Shown in pieces: positions 7,420 to 15,981 of a stretch of DNA of 37,787 nt. The first letter of the stretch is position 1. Each line of letters begins with the position of its first letter. The DNA is from a virus (Duplodnaviria; Caudoviricetes). Made by a program: the position numbers and the translations under genes. The stretch covers positions 1-37,787 of IMG/VR virus record IMGVR_UViG_3300010376_000079. One strand, written 5' to 3'. The notes below the pieces were generated by a model. The model searched no databases. It saw only the letters and a list, made by a program, of their open reading frames with translations, and was not told the DNA's origin.

Positions 7420-7451
7420 TTGACACATGCCATGTGCCACAGTATCGTGGC
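7420..7451 (+). promoter_or_regulatory. Sigma70-type promoter of the replication operon with operator-like repeats
   Basis: TTGACA-N17-TATCGT. A CACATG-C-CATGTG palindrome overlaps the -35 and spacer, and GCCAC/GTGGC flank the -10. Confidence 0.7.
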
Positions 7452-7520
7452 TCGCAAGCTGTTGGGGTCGGAAAGCCGAGGGACTACCAGGGGTAGTGCG
7501 TTGACGGGGTCGTTTAAACA

Positions 7521-8525
7521 TTGGAAGGGGTGCGTGCTGTGGGCGAAGCCAACGGACGGCTGGTCGTCGATAACTCGATCCTCTCCGCCACGGCGAAGTG
7601 CAGTACGTATGCGTATGTCCGGTACGCCTGCGGGCTGAACACCAAGGACGAGAGTCTCGCGCTGCGTGCGGGCTCTGCCATCCACGTCGGCTTCGCGGTC
7701 TGGCTGTCTGGGGGGAAGCCGGCAGAGGCCATCCGGGCGATGTCGGAGGACTACGAGCACGCCGTCGAGCTCTATCTCCGGAAGGTCGAGCGCGAGCGTT
7801 TGAGCGCAGATGATCGCCGCTTCCAGCCGGAGTGGGTCGAGGCGATCTTCACGCAGTATCTCACCCGCTACGAGAAGAAATGGCCGTTCAAGGTGATCGA
7901 GCCGGGGTCGGCGGAGCGTCCGATCTCGGCACCGTTCGAGGTGACGATTCCGTCCGGGAAGGAGGTCACCTATGTCGCGCGGTTAGACGCAATTGTCAGA
8001 AAGTGGGAGTCAGGTGGGAAATGGTTGATGGATCACAAGTCCACGAAGAAGGTGAGCGAGTGGTGGGAGGCGAAGCAGAAGACGTCATCCCAATTTTCCG
8101 GACAGATGTGGCTGGCGCGCACCATGCCACTCGACGCCGAGGGCGTCGTCCTGAATGTGATCGAGGTCCCGGAGCCGCATCGGTCGGTCAACAAGTGTCG
8201 GGATCACGGAGTCTCCTATCAGGAGTGCTCCATCCGGCACGCGGGCTCGACCTTCATCTATGTCACGCGGAGCGAAGCGGAGCTCGAGGCGTGGGTCTTC
8301 TCTGCGAAGAAGCTGATCCGGAAATATGATCGGCTCCTCGCTCGCGCGGAGGAGATGGGCGTCGCGGGCGTCGTCGGCGTCCCGATGGAAGGGCGTTTCA
8401 ACGAGGGGTGTACGTTTTGCTCGATGAAGGAGTGGTGTCGGCTCGGGAGGAACGTGAGGAAGCCGGCGGTCCGGGCGACCTTCGTGAGCGACGTCTGGGA
8501 TCCGTTGAAGGAGACCGACGCCTGA
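7521..8525 (+). CDS. PD-(D/E)XK nuclease (Cas4/RecB-like exonuclease)
   Basis: GSAIH, RLDAIV and LMDHKST catalytic pattern. An N-terminal Cys plus C-terminal CTFC-x5-C suggests an Fe-S site. The real start may be GTG 7539, after RBS GGAAGGGG. Confidence 0.85.
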   Translation: MEGVRAVGEANGRLVVDNSILSATAKCSTYAYVRYACGLNTKDESLALRAGSAIHVGFAVWLSGGKPAEAIRAMSEDYEHAVELYLRKVERERLSADDRRFQPEWVEAIFTQYLTRYEKKWPFKVIEPGSAERPISAPFEVTIPSGKEVTYVARLDAIVRKWESGGKWLMDHKSTKKVSEWWEAKQKTSSQFSGQMWLARTMPLDAEGVVLNVIEVPEPHRSVNKCRDHGVSYQECSIRHAGSTFIYVTRSEAELEAWVFSAKKLIRKYDRLLARAEEMGVAGVVGVPMEGRFNEGCTFCSMKEWCRLGRNVRKPAVRATFVSDVWDPLKETDA

Positions 8526-8974
8526 TGGCGAAGAAGCGCAGCGAGTTTAACCAACTGCTCGAGATGGAGTGCGGCGAGATTCCGCCGTACACCGGGAAAT
8601 TCTGGGAGTATTTCGACGCCAATCCCGAGGTGTGGGTGCTGATCCGCGACATCGCGAAGGCGAAGCTGAGTCAGGGACGGCGGTTTGGGATGAAGCAGAT
8701 CTTCGAGCGCATCCGGTTTGGCTACCCCGGCATGGCAGCGACCGACCCGGACGGCACGGGGCTGCGTTTACCCAATAATTATACAGCGTACTATGCAAGG
8801 TTGCTCGTGTTCGTTCGGCCAGACATGGGGGACCTGTTGGTGCTGCGGCAGTTGCATCCCAATGGCGGACACCGGGGTGGGAAGCCACTCCCGTTCAACA
8901 AGACGAAGACCGATGCCGTGGGGGCGCGGGTCGTCTATCTCTGGCAGCACGGGACCTGGCCCGAGGAGGAGTGA
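8525..8974 (+). CDS. Conserved phage hypothetical protein (NP.V...I.E.IR...NNY.AYYAR family)
   Basis: TGATG coupling and a recognisable phage motif pattern. Function unknown. Confidence 0.75.
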   Translation: MAKKRSEFNQLLEMECGEIPPYTGKFWEYFDANPEVWVLIRDIAKAKLSQGRRFGMKQIFERIRFGYPGMAATDPDGTGLRLPNNYTAYYARLLVFVRPDMGDLLVLRQLHPNGGHRGGKPLPFNKTKTDAVGARVVYLWQHGTWPEEE

Positions 8975-9793
8975 ATGGCGGAGGCTGAGAAGGTAGCACG
9001 GCTACAACCGAAGCGGCCCGATCTCCACATCGCGTGTTACGGGGGACCGGGGGCGCGCAAGTCCACGTTCTTCTCGTCGATGCCGAAGCCGATCGTGGTC
9101 GCGCATTTCGATGCCATTGGGAAAGACCTTCCGTATTGGAAGCTGGGGAAGGTCGGGGGCGTCCAGCGGGATAAACGCGGCACCGAGTTTCGGGAGATCG
9201 TGGCGAAGGATGGGAATCTCGTCTGCCGGATCGAGTACTACACCGATCCGGTCGTCGATAATCCGAAGGCGGCGACGGCGTTTCTCGAGCGGCTGAATCG
9301 GTTACCGAAGGAGGTTGATCGGAAGGAGTGCTCGACATTTTGCTTCGAGACGGTGACGTCGTCGTCCCTGAAGGCGCGGAAGATGTACCAGTACGATCTC
9401 GAGCCAGACAATAAAGATCCCCGCAAATGGTACGCCGGCGCCGTCGATATTCTGGAGGAGGTCCTCCTGATCCAGTTGCCGGGGTTGCATTGCAACGTGT
9501 GCGTCGGGCTCCACGTCAGTAAGATCAAGGTCGAGGCGGAGGGCAGCCTGGTTCGCGCACCGCTCCTGCCGGGGCGACTGCTCGAGAGTTTCGCGAGCCA
9601 GTGGCCGGAGATCTATCGGGCGTACATCGACCGCGACAAGAAAACGGGCGAGCGCACCGGCTGGCTCCAGACCTTGTCGGACGAGAAGTGGGAGGCCACG
9701 ACCCAGATCGAGGCACCCGATCCGTGCGATCAGATCTACAAGGCGCTCTGGAAGAATTGGGATCGGGCGTCCCACGACGAGTTGCGCGTGTAA
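8975..9793 (+). CDS. AAA_24 / Sak4-like P-loop ATPase (probable recombinase)
   Basis: Walker A-like YGGPGARKST and Walker B-like FCFETVT. It lies between the exonuclease and SSB, as Sak4 modules do. Confidence 0.75.
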   Translation: MAEAEKVARLQPKRPDLHIACYGGPGARKSTFFSSMPKPIVVAHFDAIGKDLPYWKLGKVGGVQRDKRGTEFREIVAKDGNLVCRIEYYTDPVVDNPKAATAFLERLNRLPKEVDRKECSTFCFETVTSSSLKARKMYQYDLEPDNKDPRKWYAGAVDILEEVLLIQLPGLHCNVCVGLHVSKIKVEAEGSLVRAPLLPGRLLESFASQWPEIYRAYIDRDKKTGERTGWLQTLSDEKWEATTQIEAPDPCDQIYKALWKNWDRASHDELRV

Positions 9794-9800
9794 GCGTGAT

Positions 9801-9825
9801 ATGCCATGGCATCGCTAGTTTAAAC
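9801..9825 (+). promoter_or_regulatory. Operator-like palindromes upstream of the RHH gene
   Basis: Perfect palindromes ATGCCATGGCAT (9801-9812) and GTTTAAAC (9818-9825). Confidence 0.5.
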
Positions 9826-9839
9826 GAAAGGAGCCAACC

Positions 9840-10034
9840 ATGGCAAAGAAGCGAGGGATCGCGGTCGAGAGCGGAGACGTGGTGCTGGTCCAGCTTGCAA
9901 CGCGTGTGCCAAAGCCACTCTACCGGGAGTTGAAGCTGTACTCGGTCACCGCGAATCGCACGGTGGCCGATCTCGTCCGCGAGGCGCTCACCGACGCGCT
10001 CGCAAAGTGGGGCAAGGGCAAGAAGGCCGCGTAG
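9840..10034 (+). CDS. Ribbon-helix-helix transcriptional regulator
   Basis: VQLATRVPKPLYRELK...TVADLVREAL fits the CopG/Arc/ParG-type RHH pattern. RBS AAGGAG. Confidence 0.75.
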   Translation: MAKKRGIAVESGDVVLVQLATRVPKPLYRELKLYSVTANRTVADLVREALTDALAKWGKGKKAA

Positions 10035-10056
10035 TTTAACCAAGGAAGGAAGGGGT

Positions 10057-10803
10057 ATGAAGACACCGGGGTTGATGAAGGGACGGGCGGCGCAAGGGCA
10101 CATGCCGGCGATGGGGGTCGAGCTCGAGATCGAGGAGATCGAACGCCGGGAGACGGGCGAGAACGCGAAGACGCCGGGGTGCCGCGCGTACAATGCGAGC
10201 TACCGGATCGTGGCGCCCGAGGCGTACAAGGATCGGCGCGTGTTCGAGTTTTTCACCATCGGCACGAAGGACGACCCGAAGGCGAAGCGCGACGAGACGT
10301 GGGACCGCCCGGAGCAGGGACCGGGGCGACTCATCCGGATGCTCGAGAAGGCCGGGGTGCCGATCACGGATGACGACGAGGACTGGATGGAGGCGGCACA
10401 GGGGCACAAGGTCTATGCCCATCTGACGCTCCGTCCGGATAACCGGACCGGCTCGATGCGGAACGAGATCGGGCTCTACTTCGAGGACGGCGACGAGGAC
10501 TTCGTCGGGGTCGGAGAGGAGTTGGAGGCGCGTCCGTCCGGCGGGAAGAAGAAGGCGCGCGGCGGAGCCACCAAGGAGCGCGAGGAGGAGACACGGCGCT
10601 CGGCGCGCGGGAAGCGGCGCGAGGACGACGACGAGGCCGACGAGAAGGACGACGACGACGTCCCCGAAGACGAGGACGACGACGAGCCGAAAGGGAAGAA
10701 GAAGAACGGCAAGGGCAAGCGCGACGACGACGACGAGGAGGACGACGCCCCGAAGCGCAAGCGCGCGGCCAGGGGGCGGCAGGACGACGACGACGACGAT
10801 TGA
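10057..10803 (+). CDS. DUF669-like single-stranded DNA-binding protein with a long Asp/Lys-rich tail
   Basis: Beta-rich OB-like core and an acidic C-terminus (DDDDDD). Position follows the Sak4-like ATPase. Confidence 0.7.
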   Translation: MKTPGLMKGRAAQGHMPAMGVELEIEEIERRETGENAKTPGCRAYNASYRIVAPEAYKDRRVFEFFTIGTKDDPKAKRDETWDRPEQGPGRLIRMLEKAGVPITDDDEDWMEAAQGHKVYAHLTLRPDNRTGSMRNEIGLYFEDGDEDFVGVGEELEARPSGGKKKARGGATKEREEETRRSARGKRREDDDEADEKDDDDVPEDEDDDEPKGKKKNGKGKRDDDDEEDDAPKRKRAARGRQDDDDDD

Positions 10804-10863
10804 TCGGTGGATCGACCGGTGGTGGTGGCATGGGACACCACCGGGGTAACGGGGTGGCGGGCG

Positions 10864-13467
10864 ATGCGAACACCGTTCAAACGCACCAAGCGACGCCTCG
10901 TCCGGGGGGTCGGTCCGAGGGATGCGCGGATCATCCTCCTGGGCGAGGCGCCGGGGGCGGACGAGGCATGGTTTGGTGAGCCGTTCATCGGGCAGGCGGG
11001 CGAGCTCCAGCAGCGCGAGGGCTGGGGGCCGGTGGGGATCAGGCGAGAGGGGGTACGCATTGAAAACGTCGTGGAGGAACGACCCCCCGGGAATCGACTC
11101 GAGGCGCTCCAGCCGAGTGCCGTCCGGTGGTGGCAGGGACACGCACGCCGGCGGCTCGATCGGCTCGTCGAGGGGGCGGTGGCGGCGGGTCGGTCTCCGT
11201 GTGTGGTGCCGGTGGGCAATCTGGCGCTGGCGACGTGTCTGCGGGACGATCTTCCGACGATCCTGAACGGGCCGAAGGCTGGAGAATGGCGGACGAGGAA
11301 GCCGTCAGGGATCCAGTGGCGCTCGAAGATCACGCAGTTTCGCGGGTCGCTCTTGGAGTACAAGACCGCGAACGGGGTGCGGTGCCGGATGATCCCCACC
11401 ATCCATCCCGCTGCGCTCCTCTACCGGGAAGCCGGGTATCAGGCGTGGCTGGGGGACTGGCGGCGGATCGCGCGGGAGGTCGAGCGAGGCTGTCCGCCCT
11501 TGCCGCGCGCAACGGATCATATCGCGGCAGGACCAGGAGATTGCCGGCGCTGGCTGGAAGACGCGCTGCGTGATGGCGGTCCGATCGCGGTGGACCTGGA
11601 GACGGCGGGTCCCCAGATTTTGTGTGCAGGCGTAGCGCAGCATGGCGATGCCTCCCTCGTCATTCCCCTGGTGGATCCCGAGAGCGGCACGCGCGTCCCG
11701 TGGGGCTGGGGATACCTGCATCGTATCCTTGGGTCGGAGCTTGTCAAGGTTTTCTGGAATGGCCTGTTCGATACCTTTCTCCTTCGGTGGAACAAGGTCC
11801 AGTTTAAACGCTGGCTCTGGGATGGGTTGGCGATGCACCATCTCCTGGATCCCGGGGACCGGCATACCCTGGCGTACTGCGCGTCACGGGATCTCCGGAC
11901 GATCTTCTGGAAGGAGGAGAGTAAGGAGACGGAGGTGGGGCCGAGGGGCGGACTCAAGCGGAAGACGGCGAATTGGGCGCAATTTTTGCGCTACTGCGGG
12001 AAGGATGCCAGGCACACGATCGAGTTGAAGGAGATCTACCATCGCCGGCTCGAGCGGTGGGGCTTACTCGACATCTACAAGCAGCACTATCGCACGGTGA
12101 TGCTGGCCGCGCTCGACTTGAGTCTCGAGGGCTTCATGGTGGACGAGCTCGAGCGCGATCGGCTCCACGCGCTCGCGATGTCGCGGCTCGAGGCGCTGCG
12201 CCACACGATGACGGAGGTGGTCGGCTATCCGCTGACGACCGGACCACGGGTCCTCAAATCCGGGAAGCGGAGCCAGGCGAAGAACCAGCCGAAGGGCGGG
12301 CTCTCCAATCCTGCTATCATGAAATACTTCTACGAGGACCGGAAGATCCCGCCGTACAAGAAAGGCGGGCGGCGGACGTGTGATGAGGTGGCCGTCCGGC
12401 GGATCCAGGTCCGGTATCCGAAGAAGGCCGGGGCGGTCCCGCAAGCCATTCTCGAGTTTCGCCATCAGGAGAAGGTCGCGCAGTTTACCGCGCGGACGCG
12501 TTTAGACACGGACGGACGGATGCGCTCGCTCTTTCGTCCGCTCACGGATACCGGGCGGTGTCGCGCGCAGACGCCGCCCACCGGGATCGGGACGAATTTA
12601 CAGAATCAGCTTCGGTCGATCCGCTCGATGTTCGTGGCGTCGAAGCCGGGGCATCTGCTCCTCGAGCTCGACGAGAGTCAAGCCGAGAGTCGGCTCGTCG
12701 ATGGAGCGTCGGGCGATCCGAGGGCGCTCGCCCTGGCACGGACGCCTCCAATGCAGTTGGACCAGCATCGCCTGATGGCATCCGAGGTCTTGGGGAAAGA
12801 GGTGATGGAGGTGACGCCATCGGAGCGGGAGAACGTCGGCAAACGCGGCAGACATGCGTGCAACTATGGCATGGAGGGGCTCCGGTTTAGCGAGGTCCTG
12901 ATTAAGGAGACCGAGGGCGAGGTCGTCCTCACGCCGGACGAGTGTCAGACGATCATCGACAAGGTGATGGCGGCGCGCCCGTACATCGCCACCTGGCAGG
13001 CATGGCGCCGGGAGCAGATCATCCGGGACCGGAAGATCGTCAACTCGTATGGCAGGTACTTACTGTTTAACGGCAGACTGTTAAGTAAGGAAGATTATAA
13101 GCAGGGGTATGCCTATGGGCCACAGAGCGATGTCGGGTGTCTGTTGACCCAGGAAGGGTGGGTGCCGGTATGGGATCGAATTCGGAAGGCAAATATGAAT
13201 TCCAGAGTTGTCTTGAACGGACACGACTCCTTCGTGCTGGATGGACCGCCGGACGAATTATGGGAGCTCGCGCAGCGGGCCATCGAGCGGATGATGGCGG
13301 AGCGGGAGTACCAGGGGGTGAAGGGACCGTGGACGCTCCGGATGCCGGTCGGGATGAAGGTGGGCGTGCGGTGGGGCCAGGGGATGATCGAGTGGAAGCA
13401 GGCGGAGCTCGTGAGTCATCAGGACTGGCAGCGGGTCGTCGGCGGATTGTTACGTGGTGCCGCGTGA
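10864..13467 (+). CDS. polA: Family A DNA polymerase with N-terminal uracil-DNA glycosylase-like and 3'-5' exonuclease domains
   Basis: UDG family-4 motifs GEAPGADE, PFIGQAG and HPAALL. Exo I DLET, Exo II NGLFD, Exo III YCGKD. Pol motif A DESQAESR, B KRGRHACNYG, C HDS. Start uncertain (10807 or 10864). Confidence 0.93.
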   Translation: MRTPFKRTKRRLVRGVGPRDARIILLGEAPGADEAWFGEPFIGQAGELQQREGWGPVGIRREGVRIENVVEERPPGNRLEALQPSAVRWWQGHARRRLDRLVEGAVAAGRSPCVVPVGNLALATCLRDDLPTILNGPKAGEWRTRKPSGIQWRSKITQFRGSLLEYKTANGVRCRMIPTIHPAALLYREAGYQAWLGDWRRIAREVERGCPPLPRATDHIAAGPGDCRRWLEDALRDGGPIAVDLETAGPQILCAGVAQHGDASLVIPLVDPESGTRVPWGWGYLHRILGSELVKVFWNGLFDTFLLRWNKVQFKRWLWDGLAMHHLLDPGDRHTLAYCASRDLRTIFWKEESKETEVGPRGGLKRKTANWAQFLRYCGKDARHTIELKEIYHRRLERWGLLDIYKQHYRTVMLAALDLSLEGFMVDELERDRLHALAMSRLEALRHTMTEVVGYPLTTGPRVLKSGKRSQAKNQPKGGLSNPAIMKYFYEDRKIPPYKKGGRRTCDEVAVRRIQVRYPKKAGAVPQAILEFRHQEKVAQFTARTRLDTDGRMRSLFRPLTDTGRCRAQTPPTGIGTNLQNQLRSIRSMFVASKPGHLLLELDESQAESRLVDGASGDPRALALARTPPMQLDQHRLMASEVLGKEVMEVTPSERENVGKRGRHACNYGMEGLRFSEVLIKETEGEVVLTPDECQTIIDKVMAARPYIATWQAWRREQIIRDRKIVNSYGRYLLFNGRLLSKEDYKQGYAYGPQSDVGCLLTQEGWVPVWDRIRKANMNSRVVLNGHDSFVLDGPPDELWELAQRAIERMMAEREYQGVKGPWTLRMPVGMKVGVRWGQGMIEWKQAELVSHQDWQRVVGGLLRGAA
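13047..13116. other. In-frame AT-rich codon patch in polA
   Basis: TAT GGC AGG TAC TTA CTG TTT AAC GGC AGA CTG TTA AGT AAG GAA GAT TAT. Confidence 0.75.
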
Positions 13468-13697
13468 CGCCGCGTGCGCTCTATCCGAGACGCCGCGAGC
13501 GCATCCTCCTCCTGGGTGACGGGACCATGCTGACGCAAGAGGACCCGCATCCGACCGCCGTCGAGGAGGTCTACATCCTGCGCGGGGCGGAGGAGATCCG
13601 CTTCATCTACGACGTCACGACGATCGAAGCCGATGAGCATGGCCGGGAGACGGAGGTGGCGTGGTATCGGGAAGCGTCGAGCGTGGAGGAGGAGTGA
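13464..13697 (+). CDS. Small hypothetical protein (77 aa)
   Basis: GTGA and TGATG coupling at its two ends. Confidence 0.65.
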   Translation: MTPRALYPRRRERILLLGDGTMLTQEDPHPTAVEEVYILRGAEEIRFIYDVTTIEADEHGRETEVAWYREASSVEEE

Positions 13698-15286
13698 TGG
13701 AGGCACGAAATCTGCTGGAGATCCATCAGACCTGGACCCGCGAGCTCGAGGCGCCGTCGCGATTCCACAACTTCTCCTTCCTCGCCTGCTTCGCCCATGC
13801 AGTAGGCCGCCGCGTCTTCCTGCCCTTCGAGAGCGGGATCATCTACCCGGGGCATCTGATGGTCCTCCTGCTTGGAGAGTCGGGAATCCGGAAAACGACA
13901 GCAGCGGCAATGCCGCTCGGCTGCCTCACCGAAGCGCGCGATCGGATCGCGGACAAGACGCGGATCAACGTGATGGCGGAGCGGATGTCTACGGAGGCGA
14001 TGATCGACGATCTCATCCCGCTTGATGAGGACGAGCACCGCGTCGAGTCGGGCGACGCGGACTGTGCAGGCTTACTGCCGGCACTCGAGATGGCAGCAAC
14101 CTTCGGGTCCGCGAAGTACATGGAGGACATGGCCCCGCTCGTCACCCGCTTGGCGGACGCCTCCTCGGGACACTACGACCCTGCAACGGAAAGTGTTGCG
14201 CCCTACTACTACAAGAAGAATTTCAAGAAGGACGGTATCCGGCACTATCGGAATCCGACGCTGACGTTGCTCGCCGCGACGACCCCGGACTCCATGGGCG
14301 AGGATCTCCCGCCGCAGATCAGGAAGACGGGCTTCCTCGCACGACTCTTGACCGTCTTCGAGCGCCGGTCCGATCGGCCCCCAAACCCGCTCCTCGATCC
14401 GCCTACGGACGAGGACTATGCGAATCGCGAGGCGCTCATCGTCGGCTTCGCGCGAGCGACGGAGCTCCGAGGTGCCGCCACGCTTGACGAGGAGGCGAGC
14501 GCGTGGCTGCGCGACTGGTACATGAAGCGCCTGATCCCGGCACAGATCCGGGCGAGCGACGATGTCGTGCGCGGCTTCTTGAATCGCGCGCAAGCCCATC
14601 TGCTGCGCTTGGCGTTGCTCCTGGCCGCGATCGAGGTGTGCAGTGTCGAGCTCCGGGGCATCCGGATCGTCGTCCGGCTGCGCCATGTCCAGCCAGCCGA
14701 GAAGATGGTGATGCGGATCGCCCGCGACCTTCCCGATGCGTTCGGCGCGGTCGGATATACCCAACTAGATAGGACTAAGAATTTCGTCTACAACTATATG
14801 AAGCGCCATGAGAGCGCGTCCCGCCATGCGATCCAGATCGCCGCGCACAAGAAGCAGATCCGGACGGGGACGCTCGAGCCGACACTGCGGACCTTGCTCG
14901 AGGACGGCACGCTGACGGTGACGAAGACGGGGCAGATGAAGGAGTGGCTCTACGCGTTTGCACGCCAGACCGCAGGACCACTCTCCGGGCGACCCGCGAC
15001 CCGGGATGAGGCTGGCACGGAGTATTGGGACCTCTGCTTCGGGACGATCGACGGGACCCCGATCACCGGCGTCTACAGCGACGACGAGCTCCTCAGTCGA
15101 GAGGAGCGCGCACGCCTCGCACGGGAGCGGTATCGGCGCGAGCATCGCGCGATGAATCAGGCGGCGCGGCTCGAGCGGCGGCTCTTTTTCAAGGATCCGG
15201 AAAGGAAAGCAGAGTGGCGTCAGATGGAGCGCGAGGAGCGGCACATCCGACACGAGCGGCGGCGGCTCACGCGGAAGAAGGACTAG
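13697..15286 (+). CDS. DUF3987/YfjI-like ATPase, probable replicative helicase, with a C-terminal winged helix
   Basis: E.P..F, Walker A GESGIRKTT, LTLLAATTP and GFLARLL (Arg finger). RBS GGAGGAG. Confidence 0.75.
   Translation: MEARNLLEIHQTWTRELEAPSRFHNFSFLACFAHAVGRRVFLPFESGIIYPGHLMVLLLGESGIRKTTAAAMPLGCLTEARDRIADKTRINVMAERMSTEAMIDDLIPLDEDEHRVESGDADCAGLLPALEMAATFGSAKYMEDMAPLVTRLADASSGHYDPATESVAPYYYKKNFKKDGIRHYRNPTLTLLAATTPDSMGEDLPPQIRKTGFLARLLTVFERRSDRPPNPLLDPPTDEDYANREALIVGFARATELRGAATLDEEASAWLRDWYMKRLIPAQIRASDDVVRGFLNRAQAHLLRLALLLAAIEVCSVELRGIRIVVRLRHVQPAEKMVMRIARDLPDAFGAVGYTQLDRTKNFVYNYMKRHESASRHAIQIAAHKKQIRTGTLEPTLRTLLEDGTLTVTKTGQMKEWLYAFARQTAGPLSGRPATRDEAGTEYWDLCFGTIDGTPITGVYSDDELLSREERARLARERYRREHRAMNQAARLERRLFFKDPERKAEWRQMEREERHIRHERRRLTRKKD
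14755..14800. other. In-frame AT-rich codon patch in the helicase gene
   Basis: TAT ACC CAA CTA GAT AGG ACT AAG AAT. Confidence 0.75.
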
Positions 15287-15981
15287 GGGCCGAGATCCAC
15301 GCTGCCGCGTTCGGAGAGGAGCCGCTCGATCTGGCGGACGCCGTAGGCACCGGCACCGCCGACCGCGCCGACGCGTCCGATGGTGCGGAGAGACGGGACG
15401 GGGACGCCGAGGCGTCCGAGGAGCCGGTGGGCGAGGAGGGTGGCGACGATGCCCTGGGCGACGTTGCCAGCTTCCCGGGAGCCGGTGAGCGATTCCGTCC
15501 CCGCGCCGGCGAGGGCAGGGCCACCGGTGGCAGCGGTCTCGAGGCCGCGTCCGACTCCGCCGAGGAAGCCGCTGGCGCCTTCGGTCGGAAGCCCAGCCTG
15601 GAAGCGATCGAGGACCTCCTTGTAGGTGCCACCGGACGTCGCCCCGGGCGGGAGCTCCGGGTAGAGCGCGCGATCGGCCAGGTCGGTGAAGAAGGGGCGC
15701 GCCTGGGGTGTCGGAGAGAACGTGTCAGAGGCGGCAGGGAGGGGGACCGTGCCCGGGGGTGGCACCAAGCCGCCTTGCTCGTAGTGGGCGGCGGGTGCCT
15801 GCGAGACGCCGGCGGGCGGCGTCGCACGGGAGGCAGGCTCAAAGGCGGTGAATTCTCCCGCTGCCTCGAGCTCGTTGAAGGCTTTGAGATCATCGGGGGC
15901 GAGCGTACCAGCGGCGCGCTGGTTCATCAGGTAGTCGTAGTAGGGCCGGTCGATGCCGCCCGGAGAGGTCTCTGCCATCAC
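15283..15981 (-). CDS. Probable internal virion/ejection protein
   Basis: Last gene of the virion operon. Gly/Ala-rich with C-terminal hydrophobic helices. Confidence 0.55.
   Translation of the reverse strand: MMAETSPGGIDRPYYDYLMNQRAAGTLAPDDLKAFNELEAAGEFTAFEPASRATPPAGVSQAPAAHYEQGGLVPPPGTVPLPAASDTFSPTPQARPFFTDLADRALYPELPPGATSGGTYKEVLDRFQAGLPTEGASGFLGGVGRGLETAATGGPALAGAGTESLTGSREAGNVAQGIVATLLAHRLLGRLGVPVPSLRTIGRVGAVGGAGAYGVRQIERLLSERGSVDLGP

Noticed and set aside
7521-8525. Cas4-like nuclease suggesting a CRISPR system
   Set aside because: No repeat-spacer array or other cas genes. The context is a phage recombination module.
10620-10800. GAC/GACGAC tandem repeats
   Set aside because: They simply encode the Asp-rich SSB tail.
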